Assembly (NCBI GenBank): GCA_044225505.1
Contig: JBGAIN010000041.1
Coordinates: 1 to 50,718, forward strand
DNA length: 50,718 bases
Source of the DNA: Limisphaerales bacterium
GTDB taxonomy: Bacteria > Verrucomicrobiota > Verrucomicrobiia > Limisphaerales > SIBE01
Direction: 5' to 3'
Position numbers and translations under genes: made by a program. Positions 1 through 10,293 of this stretch are shown here, piece after piece (position 1 is the first letter of the stretch; every line of letters begins with the position of its first letter). The notes under the pieces are model-generated. The model saw only the letters and a program-made list of their open reading frames with translations. It searched no databases and was not told the origin of the DNA.

Positions 1-1216
1 GAATGGTGCGCGCGATGTAGCCGGGGGGCGGTGAATGTGAGCCTCCCTGCGTCACACTTTGGAGGAAGCGCAGCGCGTCGAAGGCCTTCTTCGCTCGTTT
101 TCTCGCATTCTCGTCACTGGTCGATCCATAGGCAAAGCATTCACCTGCTCCGTACATCGCGGTCCAGAGCCCATCGTTGTCGCTGTCCTGGGGGTGGGCT
201 GTTTCCTTCGCTCCCGGTCGTTCGAGAGGGGCTTCCGCGACAAACCCAAACGACGTTCTTTGAATGTACCGTTCGATCTCGTCTTCGAAGAAGAGCGCTT
301 TTTCTGCCAAAGTCATCGGCCGTCGTTCAAGAGCTCCAATCCCTTTCGCCGTTAAGCACCAGACGCGGCCTTCCGGCTCTACGAGAATCTGGCGCACGTC
401 ATCGTTGGGCAGCCAGCGCGGACCCTGGCGATAGTCCCATTCAGCGCCATTGAATCGAACAATGCCAAGATGCGTCGCAAACCAGACATTACCGGCACCG
501 TCCGCAGCCAACCCGGTGAAATCATTCCAGGGCAGACCATCTTTCCCCTCAAAGAACCGCCACCCCGTGGCCGTCTCACAACTAGCCCCGGCTCGAGTGG
601 CAAACCAAAGCCGATCTTGAGCGTCAAAGGCAACCCCAAGGACGTCCTGCTTTCCCCACGCCCGCCCCCCTTCATCTCGGATCTCGAGCGATCGCCACTT
701 ATCGGCGGTGCGCTCACGCAGTCCATCGCTGGACGCAACGACCACTCGGCCGGAAGCTGAGCCTGCAACTTGCTGAATGCGCTCGGCGATGGGCCAGTCC
801 AATGGAGCCGCTTGCCCGTCCGCGACTCGGTAAATCCGATTTGAAGTGGCAACGAGCACCGACGTGCTCAGGCGCAAAACTTCGCGCACCTGACTCCAGG
901 GCAAAGCGAGGCGGACGACTTGGCCTGAATCGTCCGGAAGCTTGAATTCGTCGCGAGTCTGGGGGGCGAGATCGATACGCTCATGCCAATTTGCTCCATC
1001 CAGTTCAAACCAGTGCCCGTCGGCAAAGCCCTGGATTTGCTGGACCGGCCCGATCGAAAGGAATTGCAGCTCTTGCGGTGCGGTTCCAGTTGTCGGAGGC
1101 GCAACGTGTCGAGATACTTCTTGGAGAAAACTCTGTGGAACCGGGCGAAATTCTGCACTGTGGACCAGCGACAGGTATGCGCCCACGCCAATCACGGTCA
1201 GCCAAGTTAACTTCAT
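1..1216 (-). CDS. Secreted hypothetical protein, truncated by the window edge: beta-propeller-like repeats followed by a helical domain
   Basis: Not in the ORF track because it runs off the edge. Manual translation from ATG at 1216 is open to base 2: MKLTWLTVIGVGAYLSLVHSAEF (signal-peptide-like), DAQDRLWFAT, DGLPWNDFTGLAADGAGNVWFAT, WLPNDDVRQILVEPEGRVW (propeller-type repeats), then QDSDNDGLWTAMYGAGECFAY...PPPGYIARTI. Confidence 0.8.
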   Translation of the reverse strand, partial: MKLTWLTVIGVGAYLSLVHSAEFRPVPQSFLQEVSRHVAPPTTGTAPQELQFLSIGPVQQIQGFADGHWFELDGANWHERIDLAPQTRDEFKLPDDSGQVVRLALPWSQVREVLRLSTSVLVATSNRIYRVADGQAAPLDWPIAERIQQVAGSASGRVVVASSDGLRERTADKWRSLEIRDEGGRAWGKQDVLGVAFDAQDRLWFATRAGASCETATGWRFFEGKDGLPWNDFTGLAADGAGNVWFATHLGIVRFNGAEWDYRQGPRWLPNDDVRQILVEPEGRVWCLTAKGIGALERRPMTLAEKALFFEDEIERYIQRTSFGFVAEAPLERPGAKETAHPQDSDNDGLWTAMYGAGECFAYGSTSDENARKRAKKAFDALRFLQSVTQGGSHSPPPGYIARTI

Positions 1217-1276
1217 GGGGCTGACGATGACACGGATTCGCTCTCTCAGGCAAGCGGCAGGAACAGCCGGTCTGTG

Positions 1277-2092
1277 CTATGGGATGCTGCGTTGCCGATA
1301 AGCTTCGTAGAGGAACACGGCTGCTGCGCTACCGACGTTCAACGAATCTACCCCGGGGGCCATCGGAATGGCCACGGCGTCATCACAAGCTTCTAAGAGC
1401 GGGCCGGAGATTCCGGCTCCCTCGCTCCCGAAGATGGTGCAGCAATCTCCGTCGAATCGAGCGTCTGCAAGCACACGGCCCGTCGTGTGAGGATGTGCGG
1501 CAAGACAGTGAATGCCTTGGCTGCGAAGAAGCTTCACTGTTTCTACCAAATCCAAGTCCTCGAGCACAGGCAGCTTGAAGACGGTTCCCATCGACCCGCG
1601 CACCGCCCGGCGAAGGTAGGGACTCGCTGACGTTCGATCGACGAGCAAGCCGTGAACTCCAAACGCGACAGCGTTTCGCACCAACCCGCCGAGATTCTCG
1701 GCGTTGGTGATCCCTTCGACTGCCGCAAAGAGACGCGGGTGGGGAGCCAGCTTCAGCAAGTGCGGCAACGGTGTGGGGAGGGGAACCTTTCCGACCGCCA
1801 GCACCCCCTGGTAAAAGGTGAAGCCGGTGAGTTGTTCCAGTTTATGGCGCTCCATTAAGTAGACCGTAATGTCTTCGTGCCGTGCGGCGAGCAGAGGTTC
1901 AAACCGGTTGAACCACTTTTCAGGGAGGAGCAACGAAACGACCGTGAAGTTGCTCTCTAGCAATCGCTCGACGACCTTTTCGCTCTCGGCAACAAAGATG
2001 CCTTCCTGCCGATGTTCCGTCTGGCGGCGCATCGTCCGGTACGGCGCCAACGCCGGCAATTCCAGCGACTCGATTCGCTGCACGTCTACCAT
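1277..2092 (-). CDS. TrmH/SpoU family RNA methyltransferase
   Basis: SPOUT motifs: EGITNAENLGGLVRNAVAFG, FGSEGAGIS, IPMAPGVDSLNVGSAAAVFLYE. Confidence 0.92.
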   Translation of the reverse strand: MVDVQRIESLELPALAPYRTMRRQTEHRQEGIFVAESEKVVERLLESNFTVVSLLLPEKWFNRFEPLLAARHEDITVYLMERHKLEQLTGFTFYQGVLAVGKVPLPTPLPHLLKLAPHPRLFAAVEGITNAENLGGLVRNAVAFGVHGLLVDRTSASPYLRRAVRGSMGTVFKLPVLEDLDLVETVKLLRSQGIHCLAAHPHTTGRVLADARFDGDCCTIFGSEGAGISGPLLEACDDAVAIPMAPGVDSLNVGSAAAVFLYEAYRQRSIP

Positions 2093-2108
2093 ACAACCTG
2101 TTAAGTCA

Positions 2109-3074
2109 TCACAGGGCTAGTCTCTGCTCCACGAACTTTTGCAGTTTGAGACCGTCCGCCGCAAATAGCCGGATGCCATCCGAGAGCTTCTCCGTTGCCA
2201 TTTGATCTTCGTTCAGCTCCCAGCGGAAGCTCTTTTCATCCAGGCCATGACGTTCTGTTTGGCACTCGTGACTTGCGTTCGCCGGGCTGAGTTTCCGGGT
2301 GAGTTGGCCCGGGGTCTTCTGAAGTTCTTCCAGCAAGGACGGGCTGATCGTTAGCAGGTCGCATCCCGCCAACTCCAAAACCTCGCCAACATTCCGAAAA
2401 CTCGCGCCCATCACCTCGGTCGTATACCCGTGCTTTTTATAATGGTTATAGATACGTGCAACGGACTGGACGCCCGGGTCGTCCGACGGCGTAAAGTCCC
2501 GCCCAGTGGCTTTCTTATGCCAATCTAAAATCCTTCCGACAAAAGGCGAAATCAGTTGAACGCCTGCCTCCGCACAGGCGACCGCTTGGGCAAACGAAAA
2601 CAGAAGTGTGAGGTTGCAATGGATCCCTTCGCGAGTGAGTTGTTCGGCCGCACGAATGCCTTCCCAAGTCGAGGCGAGCTTAATCAATACCCGTTCTCGA
2701 GCAACACCTGCCTTTTCGTAGAGGCCAATCAAAGATCGGGCCTTTTCCATCGAACTCACGGTGTCAAAGCTGAGCCGCGCATCCACTTCCGTAGAGACCC
2801 GGTGCGACACGATTTTGAGGATCTCGATTCCAAACGCGACCGCGAGCTTGTCCATGGCGAGGCCAACGCTTTGTTTCGTGGTGAGCGATCCGTGACGACT
2901 CTCTGAGAGGACCTTTTCCAGTAAGTCCCCATACTCCGGCATTTGTGCCGCCTTGAGCAAGAGACTCGGATTTGTGGTTGCGTCGCGCGGCTGATATTTG
3001 CGAATGCTCTGGAAATCGCCAGTGTCTGCCACAATCAGGCTCAACTGCTTGAGCTGGCTTAGTAAATCGTTCAT
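2109..3074 (-). CDS. tal: Transaldolase
   Basis: [68 protein letters not shown]. Start placed at MNDLLSQLK (ATG 3074). Confidence 0.97.
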   Translation of the reverse strand: MNDLLSQLKQLSLIVADTGDFQSIRKYQPRDATTNPSLLLKAAQMPEYGDLLEKVLSESRHGSLTTKQSVGLAMDKLAVAFGIEILKIVSHRVSTEVDARLSFDTVSSMEKARSLIGLYEKAGVARERVLIKLASTWEGIRAAEQLTREGIHCNLTLLFSFAQAVACAEAGVQLISPFVGRILDWHKKATGRDFTPSDDPGVQSVARIYNHYKKHGYTTEVMGASFRNVGEVLELAGCDLLTISPSLLEELQKTPGQLTRKLSPANASHECQTERHGLDEKSFRWELNEDQMATEKLSDGIRLFAADGLKLQKFVEQRLAL

Positions 3075-3242
3075 TTGTTTCCCTCGGTGTAAGTGTTGTC
3101 GTCGGTTCGCTCTGTTTATGGCCTCAAGCCGATTGCAAACACCTGGGCTACGGGACCACTCGTGCAATTTCGACTCTGCTTAATACGCCATCTTTTCGCC
3201 AGAGACAAGTTGGCCGCTTCCATCGCTGTCACTCACCACACG

Positions 3243-4187
3243 TCAGACCCGGAAAACAGATTGCATCCGCGTCAGGACGTCTGGAATTGCCTTCCAGGGA
3301 TCTTCCGCGGCTTCATACTCCAACGCCACGTAGCCCTGGTAGCGGGCCTTGCGGAGAATGGCCGCGAGTCGGTCGAAGTCAGCGAGTTCCTTTGATTTTC
3401 CTGATCGCTGGATTTCGGTCTTCCACTGGACGTTAACAGCATATGGGGCGCAGCGAGCCAAATCTTCGTACGGATCAGCCGAATTGAAATTACCTGTATC
3501 GAGGTTGATTCCGAACCAGGGGCTGTCGACGGCTTTGACAATTTCAAGAAGGTCATCCGCCCGGGCCACGATACCGCCGTGGTTTTCCAATCCCAAGCTG
3601 ACGCCCTTTGACCCAGCGTAGGCGCAGCACTCCTGCAGTGCGTCGATCGCATATTTCCGAGCCTCCTTTGGCGCCACGGTTTCGGCCGAACCTGCAAATA
3701 CACGAATGTGAGGCGCCCCCATAAGTTGAGCGCGGTCGATCCACTGTTTCACTGATCGGACTTCTTGCGCGCGACGTTCGGCCGAGGGTGAGGTAAAGGT
3801 GTTGCCCACCGCAGTGCCACTGATCGCCAAGCCCCTTTGAAAGGCATGGCGCTTAAGCCGCAGGAGGAATTCATCCGAGATTTCCTTAGGGAAATAGTAG
3901 CTGGTCAGTTCTGTGCCAAGGCAACCGTGAGCCGCGCAGTAATCCATGAACTGGAATAGGTCCAGCTCTGGCGCCGCGCCCGCCTTAGTGTTTTGACGGT
4001 GGCTGCTATCCCGGAAGAAATCTCGGAAAGAATAGGCCGCCAGACTGAGTAAAAGCCGCGCCGGACCTTCCCGGAGAATTGGCTCGATTCCCGAATTGAA
4101 GACAGGGAGAACTCCAGTCACCGTGCTGGCGGCGACGCTGACCTTGGCGATTTGACGCAGGAAGGTGCGTCGACAGATGGCGCTCAG
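3243..4187 (-). CDS. Sugar phosphate isomerase/epimerase (xylose isomerase-like TIM barrel) with Tat-like signal
   Basis: RRTFL twin-arginine motif; GAPHIRVFAG, LGLENHGG, GINLDTGNF, GYVALEYE. Start uncertain: CTG at 4187 is in frame, while the nearby ATG at 4198 is out of frame. Confidence 0.85.
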   Translation of the reverse strand: MSAICRRTFLRQIAKVSVAASTVTGVLPVFNSGIEPILREGPARLLLSLAAYSFRDFFRDSSHRQNTKAGAAPELDLFQFMDYCAAHGCLGTELTSYYFPKEISDEFLLRLKRHAFQRGLAISGTAVGNTFTSPSAERRAQEVRSVKQWIDRAQLMGAPHIRVFAGSAETVAPKEARKYAIDALQECCAYAGSKGVSLGLENHGGIVARADDLLEIVKAVDSPWFGINLDTGNFNSADPYEDLARCAPYAVNVQWKTEIQRSGKSKELADFDRLAAILRKARYQGYVALEYEAAEDPWKAIPDVLTRMQSVFRV

Positions 4188-4305
4188 GTTGTTCTCATGT
4201 TTAAGGTGGTCGAGCCGAGGAGAGAAGCGAAAAGGAAAAGGCCCGGAACAATGATTTTCTGGTTTTTCCCTGTGGTTTCTAATGTTTGCGCCCAGTTTCT
4301 CCAAA

Positions 4306-6144
4306 ATGAAGACGACCTCTGTTGATACGCTCGCGGGAATTGCCAACCAACTCCGGATTCATTCCATTGCCTCCACTACGGCGGCCGGCAGTGGACATCC
4401 GACGTCGTGTTGCTCGGCGGCGGAGATCATCGCAGCGTTATTCTTCGGACAAATGCGCTACGATCCCAAGGATCCGCGATATTTTAACAACGACCGATTT
4501 GTGCTCTCCAAAGGGCACGCGGCTCCCTTGCTTTACGCGGCTTGGTCGGAGGCGGGGCTGATTCCTGCTGCTGAGTTATTGAAGCTCAGAGTCCTGGACA
4601 ACGATCTGGAAGGGCATCCGACGCCCCGACTTCCGTTTGTCGATGTGGCCACCGGTTCGTTGGGACAAGGATTGAGTGTCGGAGTCGGGATGGCGCTCAG
4701 CGCTCGCTTGGATAAACTGGACTTTCGTACCTACGTTCTCTTGGGAGATGGGGAGTGCGCCGAAGGAAGCGTATGGGAGGCGGCGTCTTTAGCGGGCATT
4801 TACAAGCTGAATAGTCTCGTCGCGATCGTCGACGTCAATCGCTTGGGCCAGAGCCAGGCGACTGCGTTTGGCCACCACACCGAGGTCTACCGAGACCGTT
4901 TTGCGGCGTTTGGCTGGCGGGCTGTGGTGGTCAATGGACAGGACGTCGCTGAGGTTGTCAATGCCCTTGGCACGGTTGGTCAGGGGGATCTGCCTCTCGC
5001 CATCGTCGCTAAGACCCAGAAAGGCGCGGGGGTTTCCTTCTTAGCCGACAAAGACGCCTGGCACGGAAAGGCACTTTCTAAAGAAGAGGCCGATCGAGCG
5101 ATCGCGGAGTTAAAGCCGAAATCCAAGTCGGGACTGGGTGTGTCCATTCCAGCGCCGGCTCGTCTGAGCGCGCCCCCAAAATCTGTCCCGTCAAGTTTTC
5201 CGGCAATCAGTTACAAGTTAGGCGATAAGGTGGCTACGCGCGAGGCCTACGGCGCCGCACTCGTCAGGGTTGGCGAAGCCGATCCGCGCGTTGTGGCCAT
5301 GGACGGAGATACGAAAAACTCCACCTACGCAGAAAAATTCGCAAAGAAATTCCCCGATCGATTTACCGAGTGCTTCATCGCAGAACAGAACATGGTCGGA
5401 GTGGCGGTCGGATTTGGAGCGAGGGGGCATGTTCCGTTTGCGTCAACGTTTGCCGCATTCTTCACTCGAGCGGCGGACCAGATACGGATGGCCGGAGTTT
5501 CGACCTCAAACATCAAATTGGTCGGCTCCCATGTGGGCGTTAGCATTGGCGAGGACGGAGGTTCGCAAATGGGGCTCGAGGATATCGCGATGATGCGGGC
5601 CGTCATCGGCAGCGTGGTTTTGTATCCGTCTGACGCTGTCAGCACGGAAAAGCTGGTTGAACAGGCGGTTGTTCACCAGGGGATTGTATTTCTTCGTACG
5701 TCCCGCCCGAAAACGCCCGTGCTTTATTCGAATGACGAGGCCTTTCCAATTGGTGGTGCGAAAATCCTGAGGCAATCCCCTGAGGACAAGATAACGGTTG
5801 TGGCCGCTGGCGTGACGCTGGCCGAAGCGGTGAAAGCGGCCGATGCCTTGCACCGTGAAGGCATCGGAATTACTCTGATCGACGCATATAGCGTCAAACC
5901 GCTTGGAGTGGATGTGATCCGAAGCGCCGCTCAAAAAACCCGCAACCTGGTTCTAACCGTAGAAGACCACTACCCCGAGGGGGGCTTGGGGGACGCTGTT
6001 GCTGGCGAATTGAGCCGGGACGGGATCCGAGTCCACAAACTGGCCGTATTTAGCCTGCCGCGTTCTGGAAAGCCGGAAGAACTCCTGGCCCGTTATGGCA
6101 TCGATGCCGCGGCAATTATTCGCAAGGTCAAGTCACTCAACTGA
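4306..6144 (+). CDS. tkt: Transketolase (short, animal-TKT-like type)
   Basis: GSGHPTSCCSAAEI, DRFVLSKGHAAP, ATGSLGQG, TPP motif GDGECAEGSVWEA...NRLGQS, IAEQNMV, SHVGVSIGEDGGSQM, VEDHY. Confidence 0.95.
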   Translation: MKTTSVDTLAGIANQLRIHSIASTTAAGSGHPTSCCSAAEIIAALFFGQMRYDPKDPRYFNNDRFVLSKGHAAPLLYAAWSEAGLIPAAELLKLRVLDNDLEGHPTPRLPFVDVATGSLGQGLSVGVGMALSARLDKLDFRTYVLLGDGECAEGSVWEAASLAGIYKLNSLVAIVDVNRLGQSQATAFGHHTEVYRDRFAAFGWRAVVVNGQDVAEVVNALGTVGQGDLPLAIVAKTQKGAGVSFLADKDAWHGKALSKEEADRAIAELKPKSKSGLGVSIPAPARLSAPPKSVPSSFPAISYKLGDKVATREAYGAALVRVGEADPRVVAMDGDTKNSTYAEKFAKKFPDRFTECFIAEQNMVGVAVGFGARGHVPFASTFAAFFTRAADQIRMAGVSTSNIKLVGSHVGVSIGEDGGSQMGLEDIAMMRAVIGSVVLYPSDAVSTEKLVEQAVVHQGIVFLRTSRPKTPVLYSNDEAFPIGGAKILRQSPEDKITVVAAGVTLAEAVKAADALHREGIGITLIDAYSVKPLGVDVIRSAAQKTRNLVLTVEDHYPEGGLGDAVAGELSRDGIRVHKLAVFSLPRSGKPEELLARYGIDAAAIIRKVKSLN

Positions 6145-6332
6145 AAGACTTTGTCAATTAGGGACCCAGCCTTTACCTGGGATGTATTCACGGCTGCCGG
6201 AATGATGCTTGCAGCCACTGGCGCCAACGAGTGTTACGGTTAAGAGTATCAGTGCGATAAGCTTTAGCATGCTCACTATTCTAATGAGCGCGTGAGGCTC
6301 GGCAAGTCTAGGAGACGAAGTAATACTGGGTC

Positions 6333-6896
6333 ATGGCCGAATCATTCGAATCCTTGCGCGGCCAGCTGTTGCTCGATAGTGGACAGCTAACCGGTTCGTT
6401 TTTCCATCGCACCGTGGTTCTTATTTGTCAGCACGACAAGGACGGTGCGTTTGGACTGGTGCTCAACCAGCCGACGGACAATAAGGTTGGGGAAGCGCTC
6501 GTGGCGGATCTTCCCGAGGCGCTCAAGGAACAAACGCTCTACCTGGGCGGACCTGTCCAACCGACGGCACTCAGCTATCTTCGAGCTGACAGTTTCATTC
6601 CCGACGCGAGCGTTTTGCCCAATCTAGATCTGGGGCATTCGCTCGAGAGTCTTGTTGAGTTAGGCCAATCTTTCTCGGCGGGCCAGCAACTGCGTCTTTT
6701 CGCCGGCTACGCCGGTTGGTCTCCAGGCCAGTTGGAGGATGAAATTCAGCGAAACGCTTGGATCGCGCATGGCGCTTCCATAGAGCTGGTTTTCCACGCC
6801 GATTCGCGGAACTTGTGGCGGCACATTCTGCGCCAAAAAACGGAGTGGCGCTACCGGTTGCTTGCGGATCTGCCTGACGATCCGGCGGCCAACTAG
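6333..6896 (+). CDS. YqgE/AlgH family protein (UPF0301)
   Basis: FFHRTVVLICQHDKDGAFGLVLNQP, LYLGGPV, FAGYAGWSPGQLEDEI. Confidence 0.93.
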   Translation: MAESFESLRGQLLLDSGQLTGSFFHRTVVLICQHDKDGAFGLVLNQPTDNKVGEALVADLPEALKEQTLYLGGPVQPTALSYLRADSFIPDASVLPNLDLGHSLESLVELGQSFSAGQQLRLFAGYAGWSPGQLEDEIQRNAWIAHGASIELVFHADSRNLWRHILRQKTEWRYRLLADLPDDPAAN

Positions 6897-6983
6897 TACG
6901 TAGTACGGTCTCGGGATTTACCAAACTTCTGCAATCGTTGGACAGCACACTGGCTGCGCGAATCCCACGTTGGATAGAATCTT

Positions 6984-7865
6984 CTACTTCCCCGGAATCT
7001 TACGCGTAGCCCGCTCCTGGAGCCAAGCGACGTCCTTGTTATTAGGAGAGGCCTGGTTCAATGGAAGCAACTGGCCTTTCTTGAGGACGGGGTAGGTCCG
7101 AGGATCTTGCCACTTCTTGATCTCCGCGTGGCCATCGGCAAATGAAAACCCCGCGGCCCGGTTGTGGTAGCTGGCGGGATAATCGACCAGCATGGTTTGA
7201 GCCGTGTTAGGGTATCCATTCATTTGGGTCACCCAAAACCCGTCGTTCATGCTATCCTCGCGTTCGTCCAACAGCACCCACGTCATGCTTGGCCCTGGGT
7301 CTTGCATATCCCCCATCTTACGGTAGACACGCCACGCATTGGCCGGCCAGCCGTCCTGGGTCCAACCAGGATTCCAGGTGAGCTCACCATTTCCGCCCAC
7401 AAAATTGCTCATGGAGAGAGAGCGGACGCGCCGGACGGTTTGGCCTTTATACTGGCCGGAGGTCGGTTTGACGGTGCTTTGATCCGCTGGGCACTTCCAG
7501 ATTCCCGCAGACCCGCCACAGAACGGCCACAATGGACTTTTTTGGATGTCCTTGGTGACATCCCAATTCGATGCATTGGCACCGCTAAAATCCAAAGAGC
7601 TCGTTCCGACATAGCCGTATTTCGTCCCATAGCCCTCCACGACCCGGTCGTCATTCTCCTCGGCGTACATCCTCCAAGCCAACATCATCTGCTTGTTATT
7701 GTTCATGCACATGATGCCTTGCGCCTTCAATTTTGCTTTCGACAATGCTGGCAGGAGCATGCCGGCCAGGATGGCAATAATGGCAATGACCACCAGTAGC
7801 TCAATTAAGGTGAAGCCGGATCTTGAATCTTGCCGAGTCGGATACGTTTTGGAGCTTAGTTTCAT
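6984..7865 (-). CDS. Prepilin-type N-terminal cleavage/methylation domain protein with C-terminal H-X9-DG motif (DUF1559-like)
   Basis: [58 protein letters not shown]. Confidence 0.93.
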   Translation of the reverse strand: MKLSSKTYPTRQDSRSGFTLIELLVVIAIIAILAGMLLPALSKAKLKAQGIMCMNNNKQMMLAWRMYAEENDDRVVEGYGTKYGYVGTSSLDFSGANASNWDVTKDIQKSPLWPFCGGSAGIWKCPADQSTVKPTSGQYKGQTVRRVRSLSMSNFVGGNGELTWNPGWTQDGWPANAWRVYRKMGDMQDPGPSMTWVLLDEREDSMNDGFWVTQMNGYPNTAQTMLVDYPASYHNRAAGFSFADGHAEIKKWQDPRTYPVLKKGQLLPLNQASPNNKDVAWLQERATRKIPGK

Positions 7866-8123
7866 AATTTACGTCAGACGCCCACTGAAGCTTAGGGTGT
7901 CTTACAGCAAATCAACGCTGAGAACAAGCGTGCGTTTTAGGGCACACGGCTGCGGGACGCAGTTTGACACGGAGCGCGGCTCTACCCGTAGGATCAGCCG
8001 CAGGTGGGAGTGTGGTGTGGGCTAAGGATCCAAAATGGAGGGAATGCTGCCACTGGTGCTGCGCACACCGTCGCGCTCCGTCATTAGCACGGAGGGTGGC
8101 TGTCCGACGGACGCCCGCTATTC

Positions 8124-10178
8124 TCAGTTCGGAGCTTTCAGTCGCTTCGGGGACCTCTTCGCTTTGTATCGCACCGGTTCTGTCCCGCTTCTGCCCGAAC
8201 CCGCGGCGGCTTGCGCTGGACTGGTCCCGCGCTTCAGTTCTCGAATCTGGTCCCGCAGCAGCGCGGCCTTTTCGAATTCCAAACGCGCTGCCGCTTCAAC
8301 CATTTCAGCTTCTAATTCTCGAACTGTTTCAGTGACGTCGAAATTACCGCCGGTTTCGTTGATGACCGATACCGCCTTCTCCGTGCCCGGCCGAGACGAA
8401 AGGCTTTCCTCTACCGCACGAGAGACGCTTCGCGGTGTGATCTGATGAAGTTGGTTGTATTCGATTTGCCGTTGTCGGCGGTAATTCGACGTCGCAAGAA
8501 ACTTTTGGATGCTTTGCGTCATTACGTCGGCATAGAGAATCACTTCCCCGTGCAAGTGCCGTGCCGCTCGTCCGGCAGTCTGGATCAGGCTCGTGGCGGA
8601 TCTCAAATAACCTTCCTTGTCTGCGTCCAGAATCGCCACCAGTGAGACCTCCGGTAGATCCAGGCCCTCACGGAGGAGGTTTATTCCTACCAGAACGTCA
8701 AACTCGCCCTTGCGAAGCGCGCGCAGGATCTCGACGCGTTCAATGGCATCGATCTCACTGTGAAGATAACGCACGCTGATTCCCAAGTCGCGGAGGTAGT
8801 CCGTGAGCTCTTCGGCCGTCCGTTTTGTGAGCGTGGTGACCAGAACTCGCTCTTTTTGATCGACTCTTCGACGGGCCTCCTCGATCAGATCGTCAATTTG
8901 ACCTTTGAGCGGTTTGACCGTGACCTTGGGATCGATCAATCCGGTCGGGCGCACAATCTGCTCGACCACTCGGTCCTGAGCCCATCCGAGTTCGAGATGC
9001 CCTGGTGTCGCGCTGACATAGAGCGTTTGACTTTGTATGGTCTGAAACTCCTCGAAGTTCAATGGCCGATTGTCGAGCGCGCTCGGTAGGCGAAATCCGT
9101 GTTCTACCAGGACTGTTTTTCGAGACCGATCTCCCTCGTACATGCCCCCAACCTGTGGCACGGTCGCGTGGCTTTCGTCGATCACCAACAGATAGTCCGA
9201 GGGGAAAAAGTCGAACAAAGTGCAGGGCCGCGAGCCAGGCCGGCGCCCACTCAAATGCCTGGAATAATTCTCGATTCCGGAGCAAAACCCCATTTCGAGC
9301 ATCATCTCTAGATCATACTCGGTGCGCATCTTAATCCGCTGCGCCTCGAGTAGTTTACCCTGCGCTTCGAACCAGGCAATGCGATCTGTCAATTCAGCTC
9401 GAATGCTAAGTATGGCGCGCTTAATCTTCTCTTGAGGAGTGACGAACTGTTTCCCCGGATAAATGGTGATGGCTTGCACGTTTTCAAGCTTGTTTCCGGT
9501 TAGCGGTTCAAAACGTGTGATCCGCTCGATTTCATCGCCAAAGAACTCGATGCGTAACGCGTCCTCCGCCGACGCGGGATGAATCTCCACCGTATCGCCC
9601 CGGACGCGAAAGGTTCCGCGGGCTAGTTCGATGTCGTTGCGGTTGTACTGCAGGTCGACGATGCGAACGAGCAGTTGGTCTCTCGTGATTTGCTGGCCGA
9701 CCGAGATCGGCACCACCAGGGCCTGATAATCCTCTTTGCTGCCGATCCCGTAGATGCAGGAGACGCTGGCGACGACGACCACGTCACGGCGAGCAAAGAG
9801 TGAACTCATGGTCGAGAGACGCAACCGTTCGATCTCTTCGTTGATGCTGGAATCTTTCTCGATGAAGGTGTCGGTTCGAGGGATGTACGCTTCGGGCTGG
9901 TAATAATCGAAATAGCTTACGAAGTATTCCACAGCGTTCTTCGGGAAGAACGCCTTGAATTCCGCATAAAGCTGCGCGGCCAAAGTCTTGTTATGAGAGA
10001 TGACCAAAGTCGGCTTGTTAACATTCCGAATGACGTTGGCGATGGAGAAAGTCTTTCCCGATCCGGTCACACCCAACAAGACTTGGTGTTTGGCGCCGCC
10101 GAGAACCCCTTCCGTCAGCTTCGCAATAGCCTGGGGTTGATCGCCAGCCGGCGCGTAGGGTGATACCAGTTCAAACAT
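8124..10178 (-). CDS. uvrB: Excinuclease ABC subunit B
   Basis: PAGDQPQAI, Walker [46 protein letters not shown]-terminal UVR domain ([11 protein letters not shown]). Start placed at MFELVSPY. Confidence 0.98.
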   Translation of the reverse strand: MFELVSPYAPAGDQPQAIAKLTEGVLGGAKHQVLLGVTGSGKTFSIANVIRNVNKPTLVISHNKTLAAQLYAEFKAFFPKNAVEYFVSYFDYYQPEAYIPRTDTFIEKDSSINEEIERLRLSTMSSLFARRDVVVVASVSCIYGIGSKEDYQALVVPISVGQQITRDQLLVRIVDLQYNRNDIELARGTFRVRGDTVEIHPASAEDALRIEFFGDEIERITRFEPLTGNKLENVQAITIYPGKQFVTPQEKIKRAILSIRAELTDRIAWFEAQGKLLEAQRIKMRTEYDLEMMLEMGFCSGIENYSRHLSGRRPGSRPCTLFDFFPSDYLLVIDESHATVPQVGGMYEGDRSRKTVLVEHGFRLPSALDNRPLNFEEFQTIQSQTLYVSATPGHLELGWAQDRVVEQIVRPTGLIDPKVTVKPLKGQIDDLIEEARRRVDQKERVLVTTLTKRTAEELTDYLRDLGISVRYLHSEIDAIERVEILRALRKGEFDVLVGINLLREGLDLPEVSLVAILDADKEGYLRSATSLIQTAGRAARHLHGEVILYADVMTQSIQKFLATSNYRRQRQIEYNQLHQITPRSVSRAVEESLSSRPGTEKAVSVINETGGNFDVTETVRELEAEMVEAAARLEFEKAALLRDQIRELKRGTSPAQAAAGSGRSGTEPVRYKAKRSPKRLKAPN

Positions 10179-10293
10179 AGCGGCTCGCAATCTCCATGGG
10201 AAACGGCTCCGTTTCAACTCCGGAAGCAAGACGTGAGCTCCGCACCTCCTTCAACCTGCTTTGCACCCGGACCACACCACGAGCTCTGGTCCA

